Source: an uncultured Acidobacteriota bacterium
GTDB lineage: Bacteria > Acidobacteriota > Thermoanaerobaculia > Gp7-AA8
NCBI GenBank assembly: GCA_963741955.1
Contig: CAVUKB010000005.1
Location: forward strand, 1,120,001-1,184,000
Length of the DNA stretch: 64,000 nucleotides
Reading direction: 5' to 3'
Part shown: in pieces, positions 1 through 8,373 of the stretch
How positions within the stretch are numbered: the first letter of the stretch is position 1
Layout: every line of letters begins with the position of its first letter
The notes under the pieces: model-generated
Told to the model about the DNA's origin: nothing
Seen by the model: only the letters and a program-made list of their open reading frames with translations
Databases searched by the model: none
Position numbers and translations under genes: made by a program

Positions 1-240
1 GCCAAACAGCTCGCAGACCAGGCAGTGCTCCGTGCCAAGGCACGCCTTCTGGTTCGCCGACGGATCGCACGGCTCTCCACCAAGCCCGCGCACCAACACC
101 TCGAACCACCAGCGGATCGAGCCCAGAAGGCCAGTCGTGATGAGGCGGTTGGCGTTCCTCGACTTCGCTGTACTCGCGTCGCCGGTCCAGACGTCGGTCA
201 GCGCCTGCAGTTCGTACGTCCGTGCGCCCGAATTCGTCAT
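1..240 (-). CDS. cmr1: Type III-B CRISPR RAMP protein Cmr1, N-terminal 80 aa (runs off the window edge)
   Basis: Not in the ORF track. Manual translation from ATG at 240: MTNSGARTYELQALTDVWTGDAST...RLITTGLLGSIRWWFEVLVRGLGGEPCDP...C...HCLVCELFG. This fits the Cmr1 pattern (LTxxWTG, GxxGSxRWWxExxxRGLGG, Cys cluster, LFG). The start overlaps the cas3 stop (ATGA). Confidence 0.85.
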   Translation of the reverse strand, partial: MTNSGARTYELQALTDVWTGDASTAKSRNANRLITTGLLGSIRWWFEVLVRGLGGEPCDPSANQKACLGTEHCLVCELFG

Positions 241-3044
241 TTCGGTCTCCCAATCGCTTCAGCCACCTCGCTGGGCCTGGTGCACGCGCTCGGGTTCTCG
301 CTCGCGCGCCAGTCGGCGATGCGGACGAGCGCTTCCAGGTATGCCAACGTAAACGGACCGAGATGGCGCGGCTCCGTCTCGGGCACGACGCCGGCGTCGC
401 TCTTCTCCTCCGGCCGCCAGGGTCCGAGAAGATCGGCAACGAGGCCCGTCCAGCCATGTCCGGTCAGCACGAACTCGCTCCCCTCCCAGCGTCCCTCCGC
501 CCCGTCCTTTGTGATCGAGAAATCGAGCGGCCACCGGTCGTCGCCGATCGCGAGTGTGTCCGGCTCGCTGCGCACTCCGAAGACGTCGTCGCCCTCGCCA
601 GTCGTCGAACGAAGCACGGTACGCGCCTTGCCGTGATGCGTCGCAGCCAGATAGACCGCGAGTGCCGGGTAGGTGGCACCGCCATCGCGGTACTTCCGCC
701 ACATCGCGAGCGCAGAGGCGACCTCGTGGCGAAGGCCCGGACGAAACTGGACGTGCCCGGCCCAGTGAACCGCGGAGATGGCACGCAGTGAGCTCAGGCC
801 GGCCTCGTCGAGCTTGTCGTCGATCGCCCAACGAAGGCGTATGACCGCTCGACGACCGCGTCGGCGCGCTTCATCAGGGAGGGAAAGCGCTGTCGGTCGG
901 AGCCGGGCGACCGTCTCCCGTACAGCGGTTGCATCGCCCACGACGTCGACCGCCAACACGCGCGGGCTCTTGGCAAGCAACGCGTCGGGTATGCCGGAGC
1001 GATCGGGCAACGCGGTCTGCCACTGCGGATGCGCCTTGCCGAGATCGTGCAGGCCCGAAGCTTCGACGACGGCGGAACGCGTGTCCGCAGTCAGTGAGAG
1101 CGCATCACACAGCCTCTCTGCCTCACGGCGTGCGTCCTCGAGGTGGTCGGCGAGACGCGACCAGTAGCCGACCTCGGTCCATGCATCGTCTCTCAGAGTC
1201 GCGCCGCGCCCGGCGCGCGGCACTTCGGCGAGGATGTTCCGCTTGTCTCCCGTCCAGCCTTCGCTGGCGTCATAGCCTCCGACATCGCGCTTGAGCATGA
1301 CGAGCATCCCGGGGCGGATGTCCCAGTGGTTCACGCGCTCCCAGCGGTCCGCCTCGTCGTCCCACAGCCACGCTTTGCCCCTGCTGCTCTCCAGCATCTT
1401 CCGGACGCGGACGAAGGAGACGGGACAGCCCTCCTTCGCGGGTTCCAGCAAGGGACCGTCGAGGTCTTCGCCGCGCGGAGGGTTGTCGCCCGACCAGTCG
1501 CGCCAGAACACCGTCACGTCGAGATCGGGATCGGTGCCGCGCACGAACGCGCTGACGTCGGTGAACCCGCCGTGGACATCGCGCTCTGTCGAGAAGAGTC
1601 CATGCACATCGAGGGCGCGCGGCAGCGGGCTGGGCCTCGGCTGAAGTGCTTCGCCCAGCTCCTCTGAACATTGCGTGCTCAGATCGGTGATCGCCTGCGC
1701 GAACGCCTCTCTCTGCGAGAGGGGCGCGAACTCATCGACGAGTTTCCTGGCGCGCTCGATGTCGGAGGCCTCGTAAGGCCCAATGCGCTCGACCTTCCTG
1801 GCTGCGCTCTCCCTGGGTGTCTCCCAGATCCAGGCACGAGCGTCCTGGTCGTCTCCCTTTCGATTCAGGCGACCGAGACGTTGAAGCATAGAAGCCCAGG
1901 GCGCGAGCTCCGTCCAGAGGCGATGCGCCGAGATGTCCACCCCCGCCTCAATGACTTGCGTGCTCACGCAGATCAGGCCGGGGTCGTCCCGCGGTAGCTC
2001 GCCTGCTTTGCGGCTGGCGTCGAACTCGAGAAGGCGTTTCTCGTGTCGGGCGCGATCTTCGCGCCGGAACCGCGAGGTCAGCAGAACCTTGTGACCCACC
2101 AGCGACATCGCGCGGAATACCTCGCGCGCCATATCCACAGTGTTGCAGATGACGAGCGAGAGCGTGCCCGCCGCGTGCTTTTCCACCACGGCCTTCGCGA
2201 TGGCTTCGGGCGTGATTGCCCCGGACTTCACCGCGCCTCGCTTCTTCGCGCTAGTGATTTTCGCGTCCGCCGCAGTCGGCCGCCACCACTCGACGAGGCG
2301 CTTGGCGTCTCGCCACCACTGGAGGTTCTGATCGTTCTCGAGTGTGGTCGTCAGCTTCCCCTCGAATGCGACCTGCTCCGGCGACACTTCGCCAATCCCC
2401 TCGCGCGTTCGGTCGGTGGTGCTCAGAAACTTCGTGCCGACGGTGGCACTCATCCACGTCGTCAGGGACGGCTTGAGCGTGGGAAACCGCTTCCTGCGCA
2501 TCCAATCGAGCTGCGAAGTCGTCCAGAGGCCCGGCCCCATGAGCTGAACCTCGTCGATGAGCCAGCGGCAATCGTTGTTGAGCAGGCCGAAGTGCATCGG
2601 CCACTCGAAGCGACTCATCGCGTAGCCGCGATTGAGCGCGCGCGACAGAAGCTGGTCCTGCGTGCCAATGAGCACCCAAGGTTTCTCGGGCAGCCGGACC
2701 CACTCCTCTTCGATCGACCCACCCATGAGCTGAAAGACTGCGATGTCGATGTCGGGCTGCAAAGCTTTGAAGTACGCCCGGAGCCGGTCTGCGGTTTGCG
2801 TTACGAGGCTTCGCATCGGTAAGCAGTACACGACGTGCAGCGGCTCTGGCTGATTCATGATAAACCGACGCCAGGCCCACGCGAGAACCACCTCTGTTTT
2901 CCCGAGGCCCGTAGGGACGGGGAGAATGTCCGGCAGACCACCGGCGGCAACTTCGAGCTGCCAGAGGTAGGGCTGGAGACCGCCCGTCGCCATCGCGAAG
3001 AAGTCGGCGAACGTTTCAGAGGAGCCAGTTGCCAGCGTGTTCAT
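237..3044 (-). CDS. cas3: CRISPR-associated helicase/nuclease Cas3, type I-G (I-U)-like with C-terminal HD domain
   Basis: SF2 motifs PTGLGKT, IDEVQ, MSAT, VSTQVIEAGVDIS, QRLGRLNR. C-terminal HD motifs LADH, LHDLGKA, RHE, THHG, IADWRAS. AAGGAG RBS before ATG 3044. Confidence 0.92.
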   Translation of the reverse strand: MNTLATGSSETFADFFAMATGGLQPYLWQLEVAAGGLPDILPVPTGLGKTEVVLAWAWRRFIMNQPEPLHVVYCLPMRSLVTQTADRLRAYFKALQPDIDIAVFQLMGGSIEEEWVRLPEKPWVLIGTQDQLLSRALNRGYAMSRFEWPMHFGLLNNDCRWLIDEVQLMGPGLWTTSQLDWMRRKRFPTLKPSLTTWMSATVGTKFLSTTDRTREGIGEVSPEQVAFEGKLTTTLENDQNLQWWRDAKRLVEWWRPTAADAKITSAKKRGAVKSGAITPEAIAKAVVEKHAAGTLSLVICNTVDMAREVFRAMSLVGHKVLLTSRFRREDRARHEKRLLEFDASRKAGELPRDDPGLICVSTQVIEAGVDISAHRLWTELAPWASMLQRLGRLNRKGDDQDARAWIWETPRESAARKVERIGPYEASDIERARKLVDEFAPLSQREAFAQAITDLSTQCSEELGEALQPRPSPLPRALDVHGLFSTERDVHGGFTDVSAFVRGTDPDLDVTVFWRDWSGDNPPRGEDLDGPLLEPAKEGCPVSFVRVRKMLESSRGKAWLWDDEADRWERVNHWDIRPGMLVMLKRDVGGYDASEGWTGDKRNILAEVPRAGRGATLRDDAWTEVGYWSRLADHLEDARREAERLCDALSLTADTRSAVVEASGLHDLGKAHPQWQTALPDRSGIPDALLAKSPRVLAVDVVGDATAVRETVARLRPTALSLPDEARRRGRRAVIRLRWAIDDKLDEAGLSSLRAISAVHWAGHVQFRPGLRHEVASALAMWRKYRDGGATYPALAVYLAATHHGKARTVLRSTTGEGDDVFGVRSEPDTLAIGDDRWPLDFSITKDGAEGRWEGSEFVLTGHGWTGLVADLLGPWRPEEKSDAGVVPETEPRHLGPFTLAYLEALVRIADWRASENPSACTRPSEVAEAIGRPK

Positions 3045-3286
3045 TCTCTCCTTCACACGTAACGGGGCGGAACGATCGTATCAGTATTCCATTCCGCGTC
3101 ACCGCGTTGCAACGCGGCGCCGCGAAATCTCATATCGTTTGGGCTTTTCGAGTTCCTACCGCAGCGGCCTCGATTCTGGCAGACGCACGTTTGACGAGCA
3201 GGACGAGCAGCCCGTACAGCGAGCTGTCGCGAAGAATTGCGTCGTAAACGCGGTGCGGAGCCCCAAGCAACGGGATCTCCATGATT

Positions 3287-3396
3287 AAGTTCGGCCACGA
3301 GCGTTCTCGCGAGTTCCTCCACATGCCTCGAACGTACTCCCCTCTCCTGTCAGTTTCTGTCATTCGCGATTCTTCTTTCCCGAGCCTCGAGCCTCG
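3287..3396. repeat. Short copy (~110 bp) of the WYL 3'-end/downstream segment
   Basis: Essentially identical to ~7121-7231 (aagttcggccacgagcgttctcgcgagttcctccacatgcc...gagcctcgagcctcga). Confidence 0.9.
3331..3362 (-). promoter_or_regulatory. Putative WYL-activated promoter, copy upstream of cas3
   Basis: Minus strand reads TGACAG-AAAC-TGACAG-N10-TACGTT, the same layout as the PafBC motif TGTCRG-N10-TAnnnT. Confidence 0.5.
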
Positions 3397-3493
3397 ACTC
3401 TCCTTCGACGGGAGCGGGGAGCGGCGCGAGTGGGTATGAGCGATCTTCCGTCGGTTCGATTCACCAAACTTTTGGGGCATCGGTTCGAGCAAC

Positions 3494-3904
3494 GAGTCAC
3501 GCCGGACGGACGGGCTGCGTTTCGAAGTGCGCTCCAGGGTCCTTGAAAGTTCGGCCACATCTGAAAGTTCGGCCACGAGCGTTCTCGCGAGTCTTCCCAC
3601 ATGGCGCGAACGTACTCCCCTCCCCTGTCAGTTTCCGTCATCCGCGATCCTTCTTTCTCGAGCCTCGAGCCCCGAGCCCCGAACCCCGTCTCCCGCTCGT
3701 CGACTCTCGCGCTTCCTTCGCGGCGGGACGGGAGCGGGCCGGGGTCGCGTCGGATGCGCGCGCGGGTTTGCGCGAGTGACGCTCGTGCGCGGCGGCCGCG
3801 CCGTTCGCGATCTCCGCAACGCGATCGACGAGCTCCGGAGGCGCGATCGCCTGCGCGGCGCCGCCGAACGTCACCACCCATCGCGCGATCTCCTCGAGGT
3901 GCGC
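3494..3904. repeat. Diverged ~410 bp direct repeat of the WYL 3' end plus downstream DNA
   Basis: Aligns by eye with ~7068-7460 and encodes the same WYL C-terminus (HLEEIARWVVTFGGxAQAIAPPELVDRV). Contains a local duplication of gaaagttcggccac. Confidence 0.92.
3609..3640 (-). promoter_or_regulatory. Putative WYL-activated promoter, middle copy
   Basis: TGACGG-AAAC-TGACAG-N10-TACGTT. Spacing is conserved despite substitutions in and around the motif. Confidence 0.45.
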
Positions 3905-3959
3905 CCTCCGGGCTTACCCGGGGCTACCTTCCGGCACGCCTCCGGCGTGCCTCGGCGGT

Positions 3960-4092
3960 CTTTCTCCCGTTTCAGGCTCACGGATTGTGATTTTGTACGA
4001 GGGATCTCCTGCGCTTCCTCGAGCGTGAGATGGAAGGCGAGGTCCTCCGAGAGCCGCTCGGCATTCCGCACTCGTAGGCGAGCCCCGATCAT
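3960..4092 (-). pseudogene. ORF6N-like DNA-binding domain remnant
   Basis: RNAERLSEDLAFHLTLEEAQEIPRTKSQSVSLK resembles the ORF6N motif RNxERFPEDFxFQLTxEE...LRSQIVTLK. The N- and C-terminal parts are absent. Confidence 0.5.
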
Positions 4093-4138
4093 GCTTCTTC
4101 CCTATGTTTTCTATTCTCTCGACCGGTGGCGACGAAGC

Positions 4139-5245
4139 TCATCGCTTCTTCCTCCTGCTCACTTTCTTCTTCCTCGCGGCTGAACCCTTCACCGGCTCGA
4201 CGTTCTTTGACCCGTCGTCCAGCCGCTTCACCTCCTCCAGCGCGTGGTCGAAGTCGCTCGTCGGCCGGTCGGCCTCCAGCCTGCGTCGCTCCGCCTCGTG
4301 TCTTTCGAACTCTGCATGAGCATGCTGCCCGGCAAGCTCGTGCGACACGGCCCCGGCATGCTTCAGGACATTCCGCTCGTTGAACTGAAGAAAGGCGTCC
4401 AGTCGCGTAACCCATTCGGCCATGTGCATCGGCTTTTTCCGTCGCGCCTGGTCTTCGGCAAAGTCGAGGTACATCGTCACGATGCGATTGAGCTCGCGGA
4501 GCTCCTCCTCGTTCAGGTAGTTCTTCGCAACTGTGACGTCGGCTTTTCGGATCGGGCCGTACGGCGCGTTTTTCCAGGTGGCCAGCCCCATGTGGGGGCG
4601 GGAGGCATCTGCACGCTGCACGATCACTTCCGCAGCGGTCCGCCCGTGAATCGCCCAGTGCAGCTTGTTCTGTACCGTTGCAAAGAAGGTCTGGCTGAGG
4701 GGGTGGGCAGGATCGTAGTCGATGCTGGTCGCGTAGATGTCCGTGATCTTCTGGTAGAACATCCGTTCCGAGGCGCGGATGTCACGAATGCGCTCGAGCA
4801 GCTCATCGAAGTAGTCGGCGCCCAGCGTGCGGCCTTCCTTGAGGCGTTCGTCGTCGAGGGTAAAGCCCTTGACCAGCAATTCACTCAGCCGCGCCGTGGC
4901 CCACTGCCGGAACGCCGTGCCGCGCGCCGAGCGGACCCGGTAGCCCACCGCCAGAATGGCGTCGAGATTGTAGTGCTCGATGCTCCTGGTGACATCGCGG
5001 GTGCCCTCGCGCTGAACTATTCGGAAACTCCGAATAGTTGCCTCCGGGTCGAGCTCGCCATCCGCATAAATTCCGCCCAGATGCTCGTTCACCGTCGGGA
5101 CCGACACCTGGTACAGCTCCGCAATCAGCCGCTGCGACAACCACACCGTCCGCCCGTCGAGGCGCACCTGGAGGCGCGCTGCGCCGTCCTCGTAGATGAG
5201 GATCTGGCCGGACTCGGGAGGACGCGCGTCACCTGTCATCGCCAC
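4139..5245 (-). CDS. RhuM-family (virulence RhuM) DNA-binding protein
   Basis: TVWLSQRLIAELYQ, YNLDAILAVGYRVRSARGTAFRQWAT, YFDELLERIRDIRASERMFYQKITDIYA, FFATVQNKLHWAIHG, AKNYL. This family is often found in type I R-M loci. Confidence 0.9.
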   Translation of the reverse strand: MAMTGDARPPESGQILIYEDGAARLQVRLDGRTVWLSQRLIAELYQVSVPTVNEHLGGIYADGELDPEATIRSFRIVQREGTRDVTRSIEHYNLDAILAVGYRVRSARGTAFRQWATARLSELLVKGFTLDDERLKEGRTLGADYFDELLERIRDIRASERMFYQKITDIYATSIDYDPAHPLSQTFFATVQNKLHWAIHGRTAAEVIVQRADASRPHMGLATWKNAPYGPIRKADVTVAKNYLNEEELRELNRIVTMYLDFAEDQARRKKPMHMAEWVTRLDAFLQFNERNVLKHAGAVSHELAGQHAHAEFERHEAERRRLEADRPTSDFDHALEEVKRLDDGSKNVEPVKGSAARKKKVSRRKKR

Positions 5246-5378
5246 GCTCCCTGCGTTTCGAATCCTCTCACTCGGGAGAGGTCGTCACAGATCGTGACCA
5301 CCTTCCGGGGGGCGGCGATCTCATCCCGTGGGGATGTTGGTCGTAACTCGTTCAGTCCTCCGCTGAAGGTCCTCTGCA

Positions 5379-6941
5379 TCAGAATCCGAGCTCCTTCAGG
5401 CTCTTCGCGATCGCTTCGTCGAGCTTTACCGCCTCGGCCTGCTGCTCGCGCAGCGTCGCGGTGAGGCGTTGCATCTTCTCCTCGAATGGCTCGTCGTCTT
5501 CCTGGGCGGTCTCGGCGCCGACGTAGCGACCCGGCGTGAGGACGTGGCCATGCTTGCGGATATCGTCGAGCGTTGCTTCCTTACAGAAGCCGGGGATGTC
5601 CTCGTAGTCTCCGGCATCGGAATCGCCCCGCCAGGCATGGTAGGTGCCGGCGATCTTTTCGACGTCCTCATCCGTCAACTCACGATGGGTACGGTCGATC
5701 AGGGTTCCCATCTTTCGGGCATCGATGAAGAGGGTATGGCTACGGCGGTCGCGGAATCGGTGGTTCTTCTTGTCCCGTGTCAGGAACCAGAGGCAGACGG
5801 GGATCTGCGTGGAGTAGAAGAGCTGCCCCGGCAGGGCGACCATGCAGTCGACGAGATCGGCCTCGATGATGTTCTTCCGGATCTCACCTTCCCCCGACTG
5901 GTTCGACGACATCGAGCCGTTCGCGAGGACGAACCCCGCGATACCCGTCGGGGCGAGATGGTGAATGAAGTGCTGCACCCAGGCGTAGTTGGCGTTGCCC
6001 GCGGGGGGGGTGCCGTAGGCCCAGCGCTTGTCGTCCTTCAGCAGCTCGCCGCGCCAGTCGCTGTCGTTGAACGGCGGATTCGCGAGGACGTAGTCGGCCT
6101 TGAGGTCGGGGTGCTGGTCGTTGTGGAAGGTGTCGCCGTGGGCGATCTGTGCGTCGATACCGCGGATTGCGAGATTCATTTTCGCGAGACGCCAGGTCGT
6201 GTAGTTCGACTCCTGACCGTAGATCGAGATGTCGCCGAGCCGCCCGGAGTGCGCCTCGATGAACTTCTCGCTCTGCACGAACATCCCGCCGGAGCCGCAG
6301 CATGGATCGTAGACGCGCCCCTTGTACGGTGCGAGCATCTCGACCAGCACGCGGACGACATGACTCGGCGTGTAGAACTGGCCCCCCTTCTTCCCCTCCG
6401 CGCTCGCGAACTGCGCGAGGAAGTACTCGTACACGCGACCGAGCGTGTCCTTCGCGCGAGAGGCTGCGTCGCCGAGGGCGATGTTGCTCACGAGATTGAT
6501 GAGCTGCCCGAGGCGATCCTTGTCGAGACCGGGCCGGGCATACTGCTTCGGCAGCACGCCCTTGAGTGACCGGTTGTCCCGCTCGATCGCCTCCATCGCG
6601 TCGTCGACGATCTTCCCGATGGTCGGCTGCGGCGCGCTCGCCTTCAGGTGCGACCAGCGCGCCTCCTTCGGCACCCAGAAGATATTCACCGCGCGGTACT
6701 CGTCCGGATCCTCCGGATCGGCCCCTTCGGAGACCTGCACCTCGAGCTCCTCGCGTTTCGCCTGGAACGCGTCGGAGATGTACTTGAGGAAGATCAGCCC
6801 GAGGACGACGTGCTTGTACTCCGCCGCGTCCATGTTGTTCCGCAGCGCGTCGGCCATCTGCCAGAGCTTCGCCTCGTAACCGATGGTCGCGGCAGAGCTT
6901 TCCCCTCTCCCGTTCGGCTTACCGGACTTCCGTGCTGCCAC
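5379..6941 (-). CDS. hsdM: Type I restriction-modification methyltransferase subunit M
   Basis: [49 protein letters not shown], catalytic NPPF. GTG start at 6941 with GGAGGA RBS. Confidence 0.95.
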   Translation of the reverse strand: MAARKSGKPNGRGESSAATIGYEAKLWQMADALRNNMDAAEYKHVVLGLIFLKYISDAFQAKREELEVQVSEGADPEDPDEYRAVNIFWVPKEARWSHLKASAPQPTIGKIVDDAMEAIERDNRSLKGVLPKQYARPGLDKDRLGQLINLVSNIALGDAASRAKDTLGRVYEYFLAQFASAEGKKGGQFYTPSHVVRVLVEMLAPYKGRVYDPCCGSGGMFVQSEKFIEAHSGRLGDISIYGQESNYTTWRLAKMNLAIRGIDAQIAHGDTFHNDQHPDLKADYVLANPPFNDSDWRGELLKDDKRWAYGTPPAGNANYAWVQHFIHHLAPTGIAGFVLANGSMSSNQSGEGEIRKNIIEADLVDCMVALPGQLFYSTQIPVCLWFLTRDKKNHRFRDRRSHTLFIDARKMGTLIDRTHRELTDEDVEKIAGTYHAWRGDSDAGDYEDIPGFCKEATLDDIRKHGHVLTPGRYVGAETAQEDDEPFEEKMQRLTATLREQQAEAVKLDEAIAKSLKELGF

Positions 6942-7038
6942 TGATCCTCCCGTTCGCCACAGGACTGAGATCGAAATTCGGAACCCAGCTTCGCATTCTA
7001 GCGGATTCATCTTAGGAGTGACCGGGAGGGGGAAAGTC

Positions 7039-7158
7039 CTACCCCCCGCGCGAAGATTTCGAGTTTCGAGTCACGCCGGCCGGACGGGCCGCATTGCGAA
7101 GAGCGTCCATGAGTCCTTGAAAGTTCGGCCACGAGCGTTCTCGCGAGTTCCTCCACAT
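7039..7158 (-). CDS. Putative leaderless 39-aa small protein ([30 protein letters not shown]...)
   Basis: ATG lies 6 nt after the TACGTT -10 box. Compared with the copy starting at 3602, four substitutions in ALRNA are synonymous third-position changes. Confidence 0.4.
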   Translation of the reverse strand: MWRNSRERSWPNFQGLMDALRNAARPAGVTRNSKSSRGG

Positions 7159-7164
7159 GCCTCG

Positions 7165-7196
7165 AACGTACTCCCCTCTCCTGTCAGTTTCTGTCA
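7165..7196 (-). promoter_or_regulatory. Putative WYL-activated promoter overlapping the WYL stop codon
   Basis: TGACAG-AAAC-TGACAG-GAGAGGGGAG-TACGTT. Confidence 0.5.
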
Positions 7197-8264
7197 TTCG
7201 CGATTCTTCTTTCCCGAGCCTCGAGCCTCGAGCCCCGAGCCTCGTCTCCCGCTCGTCGACCCCCGCGCATCTTTCGCGGCGGGGCGGGAGCGGGCGGGGG
7301 TCGCGTCGGATGCGCGGGCTGGTTTGCGCGAGCGGCGCTCGTGCGCGGCGGCCGCGCCGTTCGCGATCTCCGCAACGCGATCGACGAGCTCCGGTGGCGC
7401 GATCGCCTGCGCGTCGCCGCCGAACGTCACCACCCATCGCGCGATCTCCTCGAGGTGCGCGAGCGTCACCCGGTATTCGAGCCCGCCGTCGGGAAGACGC
7501 TCGATCCGCTCTCCTTCGTGATGACGCGCGTTGCCGACGAGCGGCGCGAGCTTCGCGTCGAAACGGATCACCATCTCTCGCGGCTCCTCACTGCGATAGA
7601 GGCTCCACGCATGGCCGAGGAATTCCTCCAGGTCGAATCCCTCCGGCGCGGCGAACGTCTCCTCGCGCATCCGCACCGCGGCGACCCGGTCGAGCCGGAA
7701 TGTCCGCGCCTCCTTCGCTTCGTGACACCACCCGAGGAGGTACCACGCCTCCGCACGGTGAAAGAGACTCCACGGATCGACGCGGCGCCAGCGGCGCTTT
7801 CCCGACCGGAGCGAGACGTAGTCGATGTCGGCCGAGCGGTGCCGGATCATCGCAGTCTCGAGCCCGGAGAAGGCAGACCCGGCGAGCGCGCCGGAGCGGT
7901 CGAGCCCCGCGAGGGTCGCGACGCCCGCATCGTCATCGGGATGGAGCGCGTCGAGCTTCGCGCCGAGGATCTCGAGACGGCGCGCGAGCGTGGAGCTGCG
8001 GCGCAGCGCGCGACTGTCGAGCGCGAGACGGAGGAGCGACCACTCGAGCGGCGAGAGCGAGAGGGGCCTCAGCGTCGCACCTTCGATCAGCCGGTAGCCG
8101 CCGTCTTCATGCACGATGGGAACGCGCAGCTCCTCCAGAACCGCGAGGTCGCGGAACATGGTCCGCTCCGAGACGCCGAAGCGCGCGGCGAGATCGGCGA
8201 CCGTGTAGCGACGATGCCCGCCGAGGAGCTGCACCAGATCGAAAAGACGCGAGGCGCGGGACAT
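7194..8264 (-). CDS. HTH-WYL-WCX transcriptional regulator (PafB/PafC/YafY-like)
   Basis: N-terminal HTH (TVADLAARFGVSERTMFRDL), WYL motifs (RRVDPWSL, AWYLLGWC, RTFRLDRV) and a WCX-like tail. AAAGGAG RBS before ATG 8264. The ORF-track extension into the repeat array is spurious. Confidence 0.93.
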   Translation of the reverse strand: MSRASRLFDLVQLLGGHRRYTVADLAARFGVSERTMFRDLAVLEELRVPIVHEDGGYRLIEGATLRPLSLSPLEWSLLRLALDSRALRRSSTLARRLEILGAKLDALHPDDDAGVATLAGLDRSGALAGSAFSGLETAMIRHRSADIDYVSLRSGKRRWRRVDPWSLFHRAEAWYLLGWCHEAKEARTFRLDRVAAVRMREETFAAPEGFDLEEFLGHAWSLYRSEEPREMVIRFDAKLAPLVGNARHHEGERIERLPDGGLEYRVTLAHLEEIARWVVTFGGDAQAIAPPELVDRVAEIANGAAAAHERRSRKPARASDATPARSRPAAKDARGSTSGRRGSGLEARGSGKKNRE

Positions 8265-8373
8265 GGGTCTCCTTTCCCGGGAGGGTTGCGCCGGATGCAA
8301 TCTATCCCACAGGAGGAGTGTCGGGGAAGGCGATTTCCCTACCCCCCCGGCGTGGTTTTTCACCTCGCCTCGC

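Noticed and set aside
25-831. Plus-strand and alternate-frame ORFs over cas3/cmr1
   Set aside because: Shadow ORFs of the motif-bearing minus-strand genes.
3905-7038. Integrative element or IS between the direct repeats
   Set aside because: No integrase, transposase or terminal inverted repeats were seen, so it is reported only as a repeat-bounded cassette.
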